Source of the DNA: an uncultured Planctomycetia bacterium
GTDB lineage: Bacteria; Omnitrophota; Gorgyraeia; Tantalellales; Tantalellaceae
Direction: 5' to 3'
DNA length: 64,000 nt
NCBI GenBank assembly: GCA_964421015.1
Contig: CAYQUS010000008.1
Coordinates: 1,932 to 65,931, forward strand
Shown here piece by piece: positions 27,601 through 35,838 of the stretch. Each line of letters opens with the position of its first letter. Position 1 is the first letter of the stretch. The position numbers and the translations under genes are program-made. The notes below the pieces were generated by a model. It searched no databases. It saw nothing but the letters and a program-made list of their open reading frames with translations, and was not told the DNA's origin.

Positions 27601-30600
27601 TACGTACCGAGAATGGTTGAGAAACGGTAAAACCTTAACGGAAAGAACCAGAAATGAGATCTTTAGAGCCATAAGAGATCTTCAGTTCCAGAGGAAGATG
27701 ATTGAGGGGAAGAGTGAGGAATTTACCGTTTCCGTCAGAAGCGGAGCAGCTATATCTTTGCCGGGGATGATGGACACCAGTTTGGATGTGAAGATCAGAA
27801 AAATTGGAGAGGGAGAAGATTTTGGAGATGCCTGGGGGACGGTGATAGACGAGATTACAAAAGTTTTTGAGTCATGGGAATCTCCAAGAGCCTTAGAAGA
27901 GAGAAGCAGACGGGGTATATCTGATAGTTTTGGAACGGCAGTTGTTGTTCAGGAGATGGTTCTTGGAGATTTGGTTAAGAGAGACTACACAAGCTCTTTC
28001 ACTGGGGTTATGAAGACCAGGGATATTAAGACCGGAGAGGTTGGCGTTTCTGGAGAATTTCTTGAGAATTCTAAGGGAAAAGATCTTGTTGATGGCAGTA
28101 AAACACCCCGAAATCTTAGGGATTTCACGAAGTGGGATTTCAGTACGGGTGTTAAAAGGAAGATAACCTCTGTTCGTGAATTGGAATTCCGTAAAGATCT
28201 TTATTCTCAACTGGAAAAGTGGGCTACTGTTCTCGAGGAATATTACGGCTATCCCCAGGAGATAGAGTTTACGGTAGAGGACGGTGAACTTTATATACTG
28301 CAGACAAGAAGCGCCAATCTTACGCCGAGAGCAGAATTCACTCTTTTACAGGAACAGTTTCTTGGCGGACTTATTTCCGAAACAGACGCCATGAGAAAGA
28401 TGCCGGCTATACTTTCCGGGATGGCAAAGCCATCGATGAAGACTGAGGAAAAACCTTTAGTTTCCGGGATAGGAACATCTCCGGGGGGAATGTTGGGGAG
28501 GGTGGCATTTAGCAGGGAATCTGCAGAGAGAATGATAGAGGAGGAGAGTCTCAAACCCGAGAAAGAAAAACTTCCGGTTATTTTTGTCGCGGAAACCACG
28601 GATGTGGAAGATGTCGGTACCGTGAAAAAGATAGGGGACAGTGGCGGAGGAGTTGTGACATTGAAGGGAGGGATGACAAGCCACGCGGCGGGATACACTT
28701 ACCGTTGGAATATACCGGGTATAGTAGGAGCGGAGGGATTGTCATTAGAAAACGGTAAGCTTGTTTCAAAAGACGGCAAAACAGTAATAAGTGAAGGAAG
28801 CATCTTGGGGATGGATGGGTCCAATGGGAACGTTTATTACAGGTCTGACCAGGATTATGAGGGCTTGTACGAAGTTACGCAGTCTCCGCTAACTAAGAAA
28901 ATACAAAGTGACCTTGTATCCCTCGGGGATCTTACAGCTCTGGCCTTTGCCCTTTCCGGAATACTTTCAGGCGAAAAGACGGCGGTTGACAGTAGCGACA
29001 GCCTTGAAATTATCGACCATTCGGAATATGAGGATCAAAATGAGATAGCGGCTGTGGGGATAAACGGTTACATAAGTATTTCAAACAGGGACCGATTGGC
29101 GCTGAGCCCGCAGGTAGGAACACCGGCATCCGTGATGCGCCTGGTAGTCGTTAAAAAGGATACCGGTGAATACGCCTTTGTATTGGATTTTGGAGCCGTC
29201 TTCCATAAAGACATAATGCCTGAGAGTACTCATTACGCACATGGAAGCGTCTATTTTGAAGCTGGCGGAGGGAAAAATATATCCATTTTCAGTCCGGTAA
29301 CGGCCGACAGATTCCGCATCGGTAATGAAGATTCGTTCCGGGAGATTCATAAGGCTTTTCTGAAGGCCATTGAATCCGATGAACTTCTTAGCGAAGCTCT
29401 AAAGGGGGCTAACCTGGTTACTTCCATTTCTTCGGAGCTCGGTGGAAAAAAGATAAGGAGTACGGTGGGAGTTACTAAGGCTTCTTCAGGTCTTATCGGA
29501 AAACTTTACACGGATAAAGAAGGGGCTGTTATGGACGAGGACATTGTTACCGGTATTTCCTCCGACGGTAAGACCGTAAACGTGACCTCGTCTGATGGAA
29601 GCGCGTTATATGATGAGAATGGTAACGAGGTAGAAGGTATAACGGTGACGGAAGGAGTTATTGGTGATGAGCAAAAAACAGCGATTAAGGAAAAAATAGT
29701 GGCGTTGAGGCAGAAGAGTTCCGGTCTTGGGAGGATGAAGAGCCAATACGACAGTATTATGTTAAACCTTGAAAGCGTTATGGCTGGAGAATCTTCTGTC
29801 CTTGCGGCGGAGAATATGCCGGAAGGCGTTTTCGCATTGCCCGTGACCGGCACACGACAGATCGTTGTGTCTAAGGCAATATTGGAGGGAATATTGTCAG
29901 GCCGCGAGGCCGCTATTCTTCCAATGTTCCATGAATCCGGGGAGATGATGAAAGACAAAATAGAGAACGAAACGGGAATAGTCGCCCACACTTTCATGAG
30001 AGGGGTAGGGCAGAAAGTAAGGGATGCCATAAAAGATATAGTTAAAAACGGGAAATTTAAGGAAGGAATGAGTACTCAGGACTTTTTCGCGCTGATCAAC
30101 GAAGAACTGGCTGTTACAAGGCAAGGGACGCCGCTTACAGACGCGGAGAAGAAGCTTATGCTTTTCAATCTTAACGGCCGCGAAGAATTGTCTTTAAATG
30201 ATCTTACCGACGAGTACGCGTCTATTTACGGCGGTCTTCAGGACAAGGTTTTCGGCAAAGCGGCCAATGAAAATTTTACGAAAGATTATACGTCAAAAGA
30301 GGAAGCGCGGGCGAGGGCATCCGCCAGAGCGGCCAGGGTGGACGGTATTGTAAAAGCCATGGGACAGGTGGAAATGAAACACAGCCTAGTTAAGGCTGTT
30401 GTCGGGGTTCCTGATAACGGCATGTATGAGGCGGAGGTAACAAGGATGCTGGGACAGGTAAATTCCGATCTGGCGGATCTGGGGTTCGGACTTGTAGAGT
30501 CCACAAGCTACAGCAGGCAAGGCGATAAGAGACAGGTAATACCATACAAGATAGTTCAGAATGATCCGGAACAGACGAGGAAGAATTATGAAGAGGCCGT

Positions 30601-31072
30601 GAAAAAAGCTGACAGGATGCTTCAAGAACAGATGAAAACAGCCGCTAAAAGCGACCTGGGAGGGGATGGCCATATCGTTCTTTTCGCTCCGCATAAGAAT
30701 GCCGGGATTAACCTCGATGAGGGAGAAATAAAGGGAATGGAAGAGCAATACGGGAACCTCACGGTGGTCCCGGACGCTTATACCGATTATGACGCCAAAA
30801 GCGAAAGCTGCCCGGATATCTTTACAAGGGCCGTTCTAGCAAGGCATATAGCTTTCGCGTTTAAAAGCAAGGATCCTCTTGCCGTAATGAACATAATGGA
30901 TTTTCTGAACGGGGTCTCCGGAGAAAAAATATCAGAGGAAGAAATAAAGAACATAAAAGATCTGGCGGCCGTTATAAAGTATCTTTTCAACAACCCTCTC
31001 AAATTAAGTTCGGTCTTCGAGAATCTTGTCCAGATGCAGGAGTCCTATCAAGCCGTCGCAAGGTCTCTGTAA
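24662..31072 (+). CDS. giant (2136 aa) multidomain protein: N-terminal hydrophobic anchor, possible TraB/GumN/Tiki-like domain, PPDK/PEP-synthase-type ATP-grasp nucleotide-binding domain, PEP-utilizer phosphohistidine swivel domain, ~700 aa unknown C-terminal region
   Basis: AGGAG RBS before the ATG at 24662; the track ORF begins at 24647. ATP-grasp motifs at ~aa 930-1250: GKGSPNGFVITTDTY, SVRSGAAISLPGMMDTSLDV, VVVQEMVLGD, SGVMKTRDIKTGE...GEFLENSKGKDLVDGSKTPRNL, EIEFTVEDGELYILQTRSANLT. Swivel domain at ~aa 1290-1440: GIGTSPGGMLGRVAF, VIFVAETTDVEDV, GGMTSHAAGYTYRWNIPGIVGAEG (catalytic His), ISEGSILGMDGSNGNVY. No TIM-barrel PEP-utilizer C-domain is present. The N-terminal region has YVQDAHC and ILVTGGFHS motifs resembling the two His motifs of the TraB/GumN family (weak). 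Confidence 0.75.
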   Translation: MFLFLRKTFIMFFAVVFLSHTEGSVLYSLENAPGKGAIFEEKSADDEGIVLNALTFSIPEHLGIVNDRWQGSSSPVVIYVQDAHCNYEAQQKLSQIVAYVNEKYGIETVDLEGGAGGYDLSALTDVTDPVSRRNIADFFVKEGLVNGAEYFAANNPEKVRLWGVEDRELYMENLGVYRDSLAYREKAKGHIAELKRVIGKFKEKMYSPELLLVDEKRGEFRKNDVELAEYMAFIFGEAENNSVDISAYPNISMLKKISDKESSIDFRKADKEKDQLVDRLKRALSKRSMEELLRWTIDLKAERMSQGEYYRRLLETARKVNVPVEDLSQLGEYVEYMSMFDSVDKSAAMKELEALDGAVREKLYKADGERELDELSRDLEILEGIFDISLVKSEYRYYMDNSGDFDVARYQSFISKYATLYGMEAAFNKEIFSLDDYRGRMIRFFEYSFRRDDAFLKNLSVRRSGGASPEAAILVTGGFHSENLCELFRNNNISYVSVMPNFRSPAGYESPYFARLAGGGSVVSVLEPAVTAASAMQVASLFSGIARDVWGDNADKSIRAAVKVMEMRGVEYLSGISKVEYADGKFTFTMKSGEEDEWSREESAELKGETLGRSSATDIGEGVLPFRLYSWENKGDSIFSGDVSAGEIKQLVRGASSIPFVVVGEEIVDPVSGKTRIGLKEILFGSPGMAHGSMLEIYTAGKEDIPFYIGFLYQGSVKTVGIPEELKYLNGLVEKMFKEEGLADPGYVIAEQEERTLLFVDPFSGQAMEFNAENSKTHDDILKEFSSQLKTGLKDLKSGNTPSNNLWNMLGYDPGSERHRQVIEKLDDWARQSERDQEELSIGGIIDFYHVSTGFSHDGEKVVTVQLPVFEGWYEIFAASNRELYRKLLEYAQGARLVEKFYGKDNTGKNTLIDLPEVEMISSDRLKRRHVFSLDEKDVTEKYKATFGNKAAGIARVKTLLNEKKLPGKGSPNGFVITTDTYREWLRNGKTLTERTRNEIFRAIRDLQFQRKMIEGKSEEFTVSVRSGAAISLPGMMDTSLDVKIRKIGEGEDFGDAWGTVIDEITKVFESWESPRALEERSRRGISDSFGTAVVVQEMVLGDLVKRDYTSSFTGVMKTRDIKTGEVGVSGEFLENSKGKDLVDGSKTPRNLRDFTKWDFSTGVKRKITSVRELEFRKDLYSQLEKWATVLEEYYGYPQEIEFTVEDGELYILQTRSANLTPRAEFTLLQEQFLGGLISETDAMRKMPAILSGMAKPSMKTEEKPLVSGIGTSPGGMLGRVAFSRESAERMIEEESLKPEKEKLPVIFVAETTDVEDVGTVKKIGDSGGGVVTLKGGMTSHAAGYTYRWNIPGIVGAEGLSLENGKLVSKDGKTVISEGSILGMDGSNGNVYYRSDQDYEGLYEVTQSPLTKKIQSDLVSLGDLTALAFALSGILSGEKTAVDSSDSLEIIDHSEYEDQNEIAAVGINGYISISNRDRLALSPQVGTPASVMRLVVVKKDTGEYAFVLDFGAVFHKDIMPESTHYAHGSVYFEAGGGKNISIFSPVTADRFRIGNEDSFREIHKAFLKAIESDELLSEALKGANLVTSISSELGGKKIRSTVGVTKASSGLIGKLYTDKEGAVMDEDIVTGISSDGKTVNVTSSDGSALYDENGNEVEGITVTEGVIGDEQKTAIKEKIVALRQKSSGLGRMKSQYDSIMLNLESVMAGESSVLAAENMPEGVFALPVTGTRQIVVSKAILEGILSGREAAILPMFHESGEMMKDKIENETGIVAHTFMRGVGQKVRDAIKDIVKNGKFKEGMSTQDFFALINEELAVTRQGTPLTDAEKKLMLFNLNGREELSLNDLTDEYASIYGGLQDKVFGKAANENFTKDYTSKEEARARASARAARVDGIVKAMGQVEMKHSLVKAVVGVPDNGMYEAEVTRMLGQVNSDLADLGFGLVESTSYSRQGDKRQVIPYKIVQNDPEQTRKNYEEAVKKADRMLQEQMKTAAKSDLGGDGHIVLFAPHKNAGINLDEGEIKGMEEQYGNLTVVPDAYTDYDAKSESCPDIFTRAVLARHIAFAFKSKDPLAVMNIMDFLNGVSGEKISEEEIKNIKDLAAVIKYLFNNPLKLSSVFENLVQMQESYQAVARSL

Positions 31073-31128
31073 AACAAGCGCCCAAAATACACGTTTCCCG
31101 GAAAAACAGGTTGTGGTATAGTATCCGC

Positions 31129-32367
31129 ATGGAAAAAGCCCCCAAATCATTAAGGCTTCATATAGGCGTTTTCGGAAGGACGAATGTCGGGAAATCCAGT
31201 TTTCTTAACCTTGTGGCCGGGCAGGATGTCGCAATAACCAGCCCTATACCGGGCACGACCACCGACGTCGTGGAGAAGACCATGGAACTTCTGCCGCTCG
31301 GGCCCGTGGTGTTCCTGGATACGGCAGGAATAGACGACGTCTCCGCGCTGGGGGAAAAACGCGTGGAGAAGACGCGCAAGGTTTTTGCCAGGGCCGACAT
31401 AATATGTCTTGTCACCGAAGCCGGGAAATGGGGCGAGTTCGAAGATAAGGTGATAGAGGAGGCCCGGGGAAAGGGCGTTCCCGTGGTAGGAGTTGTCAAC
31501 AGGATAGACGAACATTATCCTGACAGTGAGTTTACGTCGCTTTTGGCCGGGAAGACCTCGGGGCACATAATGGTGTCCAGCATAGACACCGGGAAAAGAG
31601 ACGTTTACCTTAACGCGCTCAAGGAAAAACTGATAGATCTTGTACCGGATGATTTTTTGAAGCCGCCGCCGATACTGGGAGATCTTGTCCCAAGGGGAGG
31701 CCTTGCGGTCCTCGTAGTGCCCATAGACAAGGAAGCCCCTAAAGGCAGGATAATACTTCCGCAGGTCCAGACCATACGCGATTGCCTGGACAACGACATC
31801 ATTTCCATAACTCTTAAAGAAAGCGAGTACCCCGAAGTTTTTCCTTTGCTTAAACGCAAGCCGGACCTTACGGTATGCGACTCTCAGGTGGTAAAAAAAT
31901 TTGTATCGGATACCCCGGACGGAGTTAAGTGCACGACTTTTTCCATACTGTTTTCCAGGTGCAGGGGAGATCTTCTCGAGGCCGTTAACGGAGTGAGAGC
32001 CGTAGACGGTCTAAAACAGGGAGATAAGGTTCTTGTGGCCGAGGCATGCAGCCATCACGCCGTGGAAGACGATATAGGCAGGGTCAAGCTGCCAAGGTGG
32101 CTCAAGGAGTATCTGGGGCATGAAGTTCATATCGATGTATACGCCGGAAGGGACTACCCCGAGAACCTTTCGGAATACAAACTTATAATACATTGCGGCG
32201 GATGCATGATAAATAGAAGAGAGATGCTGCACCGAATTAACGTGGCCAGAAAAGCCATGGTACCCGTTACAAATTACGGCGTCTGCATATCCCACATACA
32301 GGGTGTTCTTGAAAGGGTGCTTTCGCCTTTTCCGGACGCTCTTGGGCTCTACAAGTCCTCAAAATAA
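31129..32367 (+). CDS. hydF: [FeFe]-hydrogenase maturation GTPase HydF homolog
   Basis: G1 motif GRTNVGKSS. The N-terminal half is collinear with Thermotoga HydF (AITSPIPGTTTDVVEKTMELLPLGPVVFLDTAGIDD). The C-terminal cluster motif CSHH-x46-HCGGC matches CxHx(44-53)HCxxC. The track start at 31111 is a TTG; the ATG at 31129 fits the HydF N-terminal length. Confidence 0.85.
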   Translation: MEKAPKSLRLHIGVFGRTNVGKSSFLNLVAGQDVAITSPIPGTTTDVVEKTMELLPLGPVVFLDTAGIDDVSALGEKRVEKTRKVFARADIICLVTEAGKWGEFEDKVIEEARGKGVPVVGVVNRIDEHYPDSEFTSLLAGKTSGHIMVSSIDTGKRDVYLNALKEKLIDLVPDDFLKPPPILGDLVPRGGLAVLVVPIDKEAPKGRIILPQVQTIRDCLDNDIISITLKESEYPEVFPLLKRKPDLTVCDSQVVKKFVSDTPDGVKCTTFSILFSRCRGDLLEAVNGVRAVDGLKQGDKVLVAEACSHHAVEDDIGRVKLPRWLKEYLGHEVHIDVYAGRDYPENLSEYKLIIHCGGCMINRREMLHRINVARKAMVPVTNYGVCISHIQGVLERVLSPFPDALGLYKSSK

Positions 32368-32400
32368 AATCTTAGACAAGCAATATCCCGAAGCGGGATT

Positions 32401-34122
32401 TTATCTATCCATCCCGAATTCTCTTTTTACCGTCGGAACGAAAGGTACCGGCCGCGGGATAGGCGCGAGCCCCACGATCTCTCTTGCTTTATTGAGGGCG
32501 TCGTCGATGTTGCCGAAGATATGGTCTTCGCCTATCTCGTCATAAAGCCCGGTACTGCGCATCGCTAAAAGAGGCTGGGCGTGCACTCCTGAAAGCACAA
32601 GCTCTATGCCGCGTGAACGCGAGAACCTTAGGATCTGTCTCAGGGCATTGAGGGCGGTGGCGTCCATGCTGAGGGCATTTCTCATGCGGAGTATCCTTAC
32701 CCGGGGTTTGCGGCTAACCGTGCTCATTATCTCGGTGAACTCCTCGGCCATGCCGAAGAAGAACGGGCCGGTTATCTCGAAAACTTCCACATCTTCCGGA
32801 ACTTCCCTGAGGTCTATGGAATTCGGGTCAAAGGCTTCTTCCTCATCCTCTTTTATGGAAGATGAGATCACTCTTACCCCTGCTGTATTGGAAAGCCTGT
32901 ATACAAGCAGGAACGCGGCGAGTATCATGCCCATCTCTATGGCTACGGTAAGGTCGACGAGTATGGTAAGAAAAAATGTGACCAGAAGGACCATGACGTC
33001 GCTTTTCGGAGATTTCAGTATGGAAATAAAAGAATGCCATTCTCCCATGCGGTATGCGACTATCATGAGGATACCGGCAAGACACGGCAGGGGAATAAGG
33101 GTGGCCCACTTGGCCAGGAATATCATTATGGCAAGCACGGTAAACGAGTGGACTATCCCGGCTACCGGGGTTTTTCCTCCGTTATGCACGTTCACGGCAG
33201 TACGGGCTATGGCGCCTGTGGCCGGTATGCCGCCAAAAAGAGAAGAGGCCATGTTTGCCGCTCCCTGAGCCACGAGTTCCATATTTGACCGGTGTTTTCC
33301 GCCTGTCATGCCGTCGGCTACCATAGCCGAAAGCAGAGACTCTATACCGGCAAGCATGGCTATTACCATGGCAGGCTGTATGAGCTCTCGAACGAGATGA
33401 AACGACATTTTTGGAAGGGCCGGCCAGGGGAGGCTGTTGGGGATACTCCCGAAGCGGTCGCCTATTGTCTCAACCGGAAGATGGTAGTAGCGGGAGATCA
33501 AGGTAACGGCTATTATGGCCACAAGGGAACCCGGCACTTTTTTTATTTTTGTCTGCCAGGCGAGCATTATTACGATAGTGGCTATACCGAGCAAAAGGGC
33601 CGTGGGATTTAAGGTTCCAGCCGCCTCAAAACACGCCTTCCATTTTTCTATGAATTCAGCCGGAAGGTCTGTGATGTTAAGCCCGAAAAAGTCTTTTATC
33701 TGGGAAGAGAAAATGAGAACGGCTATACCGGAGGTGAATCCCATGACGACCGGCCTTGGAATGAATTTTATGATATTGCCCATCTTAGCCAGTCCGAAGA
33801 ACACAAGTATGAGCCCGCCAAGGAAGGTAGCGGTAAGAAGACCTTCTATGCCGTACTTCTGGACTATGCCGTATACGATTATGACAAAAGCACCCGTGGG
33901 GCCGCCTATCTGCACTCTGCTTCCCCCGAAAGCCGATATTATAAAACCCGCCACGACGGCGGTCACAAGGCCGCGTTCCGGGCCGACCCCGGAAGCTATG
34001 GCAAACGCTATGGCGAGGGGAAGGGCCACAACGCCTACGATCACTCCCGACATGATGTCCTGCCGGAGTTTTGACGGAGAATATCCTTCTCTCAGTGTGG
34101 TGAAAAGCTTAGGTACGAACAT
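32401..34122 (-). CDS. SulP-family anion transporter with C-terminal STAS domain
   Basis: MFVPKLFTTLREGYSPSKLRQDIMSGVIVGVVALPLAIAFAIASGV is a typical SulP N-terminus. The C-terminal ~130 aa is STAS-like. An AAAGGAG RBS precedes the ATG at 34122; the track start at 34143 lacks one. Confidence 0.85.
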   Translation of the reverse strand: MFVPKLFTTLREGYSPSKLRQDIMSGVIVGVVALPLAIAFAIASGVGPERGLVTAVVAGFIISAFGGSRVQIGGPTGAFVIIVYGIVQKYGIEGLLTATFLGGLILVFFGLAKMGNIIKFIPRPVVMGFTSGIAVLIFSSQIKDFFGLNITDLPAEFIEKWKACFEAAGTLNPTALLLGIATIVIMLAWQTKIKKVPGSLVAIIAVTLISRYYHLPVETIGDRFGSIPNSLPWPALPKMSFHLVRELIQPAMVIAMLAGIESLLSAMVADGMTGGKHRSNMELVAQGAANMASSLFGGIPATGAIARTAVNVHNGGKTPVAGIVHSFTVLAIMIFLAKWATLIPLPCLAGILMIVAYRMGEWHSFISILKSPKSDVMVLLVTFFLTILVDLTVAIEMGMILAAFLLVYRLSNTAGVRVISSSIKEDEEEAFDPNSIDLREVPEDVEVFEITGPFFFGMAEEFTEIMSTVSRKPRVRILRMRNALSMDATALNALRQILRFSRSRGIELVLSGVHAQPLLAMRSTGLYDEIGEDHIFGNIDDALNKAREIVGLAPIPRPVPFVPTVKREFGMDR

Positions 34123-34424
34123 TCTTTCTCCTTTCAGAAACAAAAGTTTTGCGCTCTTACGGATAAGCCTTCTAATAAGAAACGACGTTCTAACCGCGCG
34201 TCGCGCGATAGGAACGTCGCTCTGTATTTTTCACGAATTGCCCGGGAGCTATGAGACGGGCTTAATATCAAACGCGGAAATTATACCACAAAACCCCCAA
34301 AAAGTCATATTCGCGCGGGGCAAATATCCGGCTTGGTGAAATCGCTTATGGCTAAGGGGTGGTTTTTCGAGTACAATAATGCCTTAATGTCCTCTAAAAC
34401 ATCATTTAACCCGCTTGATGGCAT

Positions 34425-35819
34425 ATGTCTCTCACGCTTATAGTCTTAGCTATGTTTTTTTCGGTTGTAACGGCGATACGTCCTTTGAGGATAGGGAAGA
34501 TATCGATAGATATGGTTACAGGTCCGGTGCTTGCGCTCGCGGTCCTGGTATTTAGCGGAGTTATCGACTCCGATACAATGGCGCTTGGGATAAAAGGAAC
34601 AGGGCCCTTGAGGCCCTGGGAAATAGTAGTTATTTTTTTTACGTCGGCCTACGTGAGCATAAGCCTTGAGGTGACCGGCATACTGGATTTTTTCTCGTAT
34701 AAAATAGTTCATAAAGCCGGCGGCAACGGGCTTAAACTTTTTCTGTTCTTTTACCTTTTTTCATGCTTTCTCACGGTTTTTACGTCCAATGATATAGTCA
34801 TACTGATACTGACCCCCATTATTTTTTATCTTGGTAAACACGCCGCTTTGAACATTATCCCTCTTCTTTTCGCGGAGTTTTTCGGAGCGAACACACTGAG
34901 CATGCTTCTTTACATAGGTAATCCCACCAACATCATAGTGGGGAATGCCCTGTCTATTGGGTTCCTGGAATATACGAGGGTAATGTGGATACCCACAGTC
35001 ACGGCCGGTGTGGCAAATCTTGTTCTTTTGTTCGTTTTTTTCAGAAAGGCTCTTACGGTGAAATTCAAACCGCATTTCGGCGTGGGGTTCAGCGTCAGGA
35101 ACTGGGCCGACGCCGTGATAAGTTGTGGTCTTCTCCTGCTTATGCTGGCAACCCTGACCTTTTCAAGGCCGCTTGGTCTTCCTATATGGGTGGTTACAAG
35201 TTTTTTTGCCGGGGTTTTCATGGCCGAAGACCTTGCTTTCGGGTTTTACTATACCATCAAGCATAAATTCCTGCCGGCCAGCGAGATAATAAAAGACGAG
35301 AGAGAAGTCTTCAGGCTTTACGGTATACCGGAAGAGCGCCATGAGTTCTGGATAGCGATCAAAAGGATACCGTGGAAGATACTGCCTTTTACACTTGTCT
35401 TTTTTATCCTGGTGGCTGCTTTGGGGAAACTGGGAGCCGTTGACAGGCTGGCGTCGCTTATCGCGGTTTACTCCGGAGACCTGGCGAGCAGCATCGCTGT
35501 TAACGGAATTCTCGGATTTATTTCTGCGAATGTTATAAACAACCAGCCTATGACGATACTTTTCAGCAACGTTCTCATAAGCGAAAGTTTCAAGATCTCT
35601 CATCAGGCCTTCAAGGGAGGAGCTTACGCCGTTATAATAGCCAGTAATCTCGGGGCTAACCTGACACTATTCGGGGCCCTGGCGGGACTTATGTGGAGGA
35701 GAATACTTGAAACAAAGGGACTTGAAATAAGCTATTCCGATTTTTTAAAAACGGGCGTGTTTATAACACCCGTTGTTTTTATCCTATCGCTGGCGGCGCT
35801 GTATTTGGTCTTACTGTGA
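34425..35819 (+). CDS. ArsB/NhaD-superfamily permease (putative anion transporter)
   Basis: It has about 12 TM helices and ArsB/NhaD-like repeats (IVILILTPIIFYL...GANTLSMLLYIGNPTNIIVGN...). Substrate unknown. Confidence 0.55.
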   Translation: MSLTLIVLAMFFSVVTAIRPLRIGKISIDMVTGPVLALAVLVFSGVIDSDTMALGIKGTGPLRPWEIVVIFFTSAYVSISLEVTGILDFFSYKIVHKAGGNGLKLFLFFYLFSCFLTVFTSNDIVILILTPIIFYLGKHAALNIIPLLFAEFFGANTLSMLLYIGNPTNIIVGNALSIGFLEYTRVMWIPTVTAGVANLVLLFVFFRKALTVKFKPHFGVGFSVRNWADAVISCGLLLLMLATLTFSRPLGLPIWVVTSFFAGVFMAEDLAFGFYYTIKHKFLPASEIIKDEREVFRLYGIPEERHEFWIAIKRIPWKILPFTLVFFILVAALGKLGAVDRLASLIAVYSGDLASSIAVNGILGFISANVINNQPMTILFSNVLISESFKISHQAFKGGAYAVIIASNLGANLTLFGALAGLMWRRILETKGLEISYSDFLKTGVFITPVVFILSLAALYLVLL

Positions 35820-35838
35820 GAGAACATCGGGATTTTTC

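Noticed and set aside
32606-33612. Several 80-220 aa + strand ORFs
   Set aside because: All lie antisense within the SulP transporter gene, which has strong family signatures on the minus strand.
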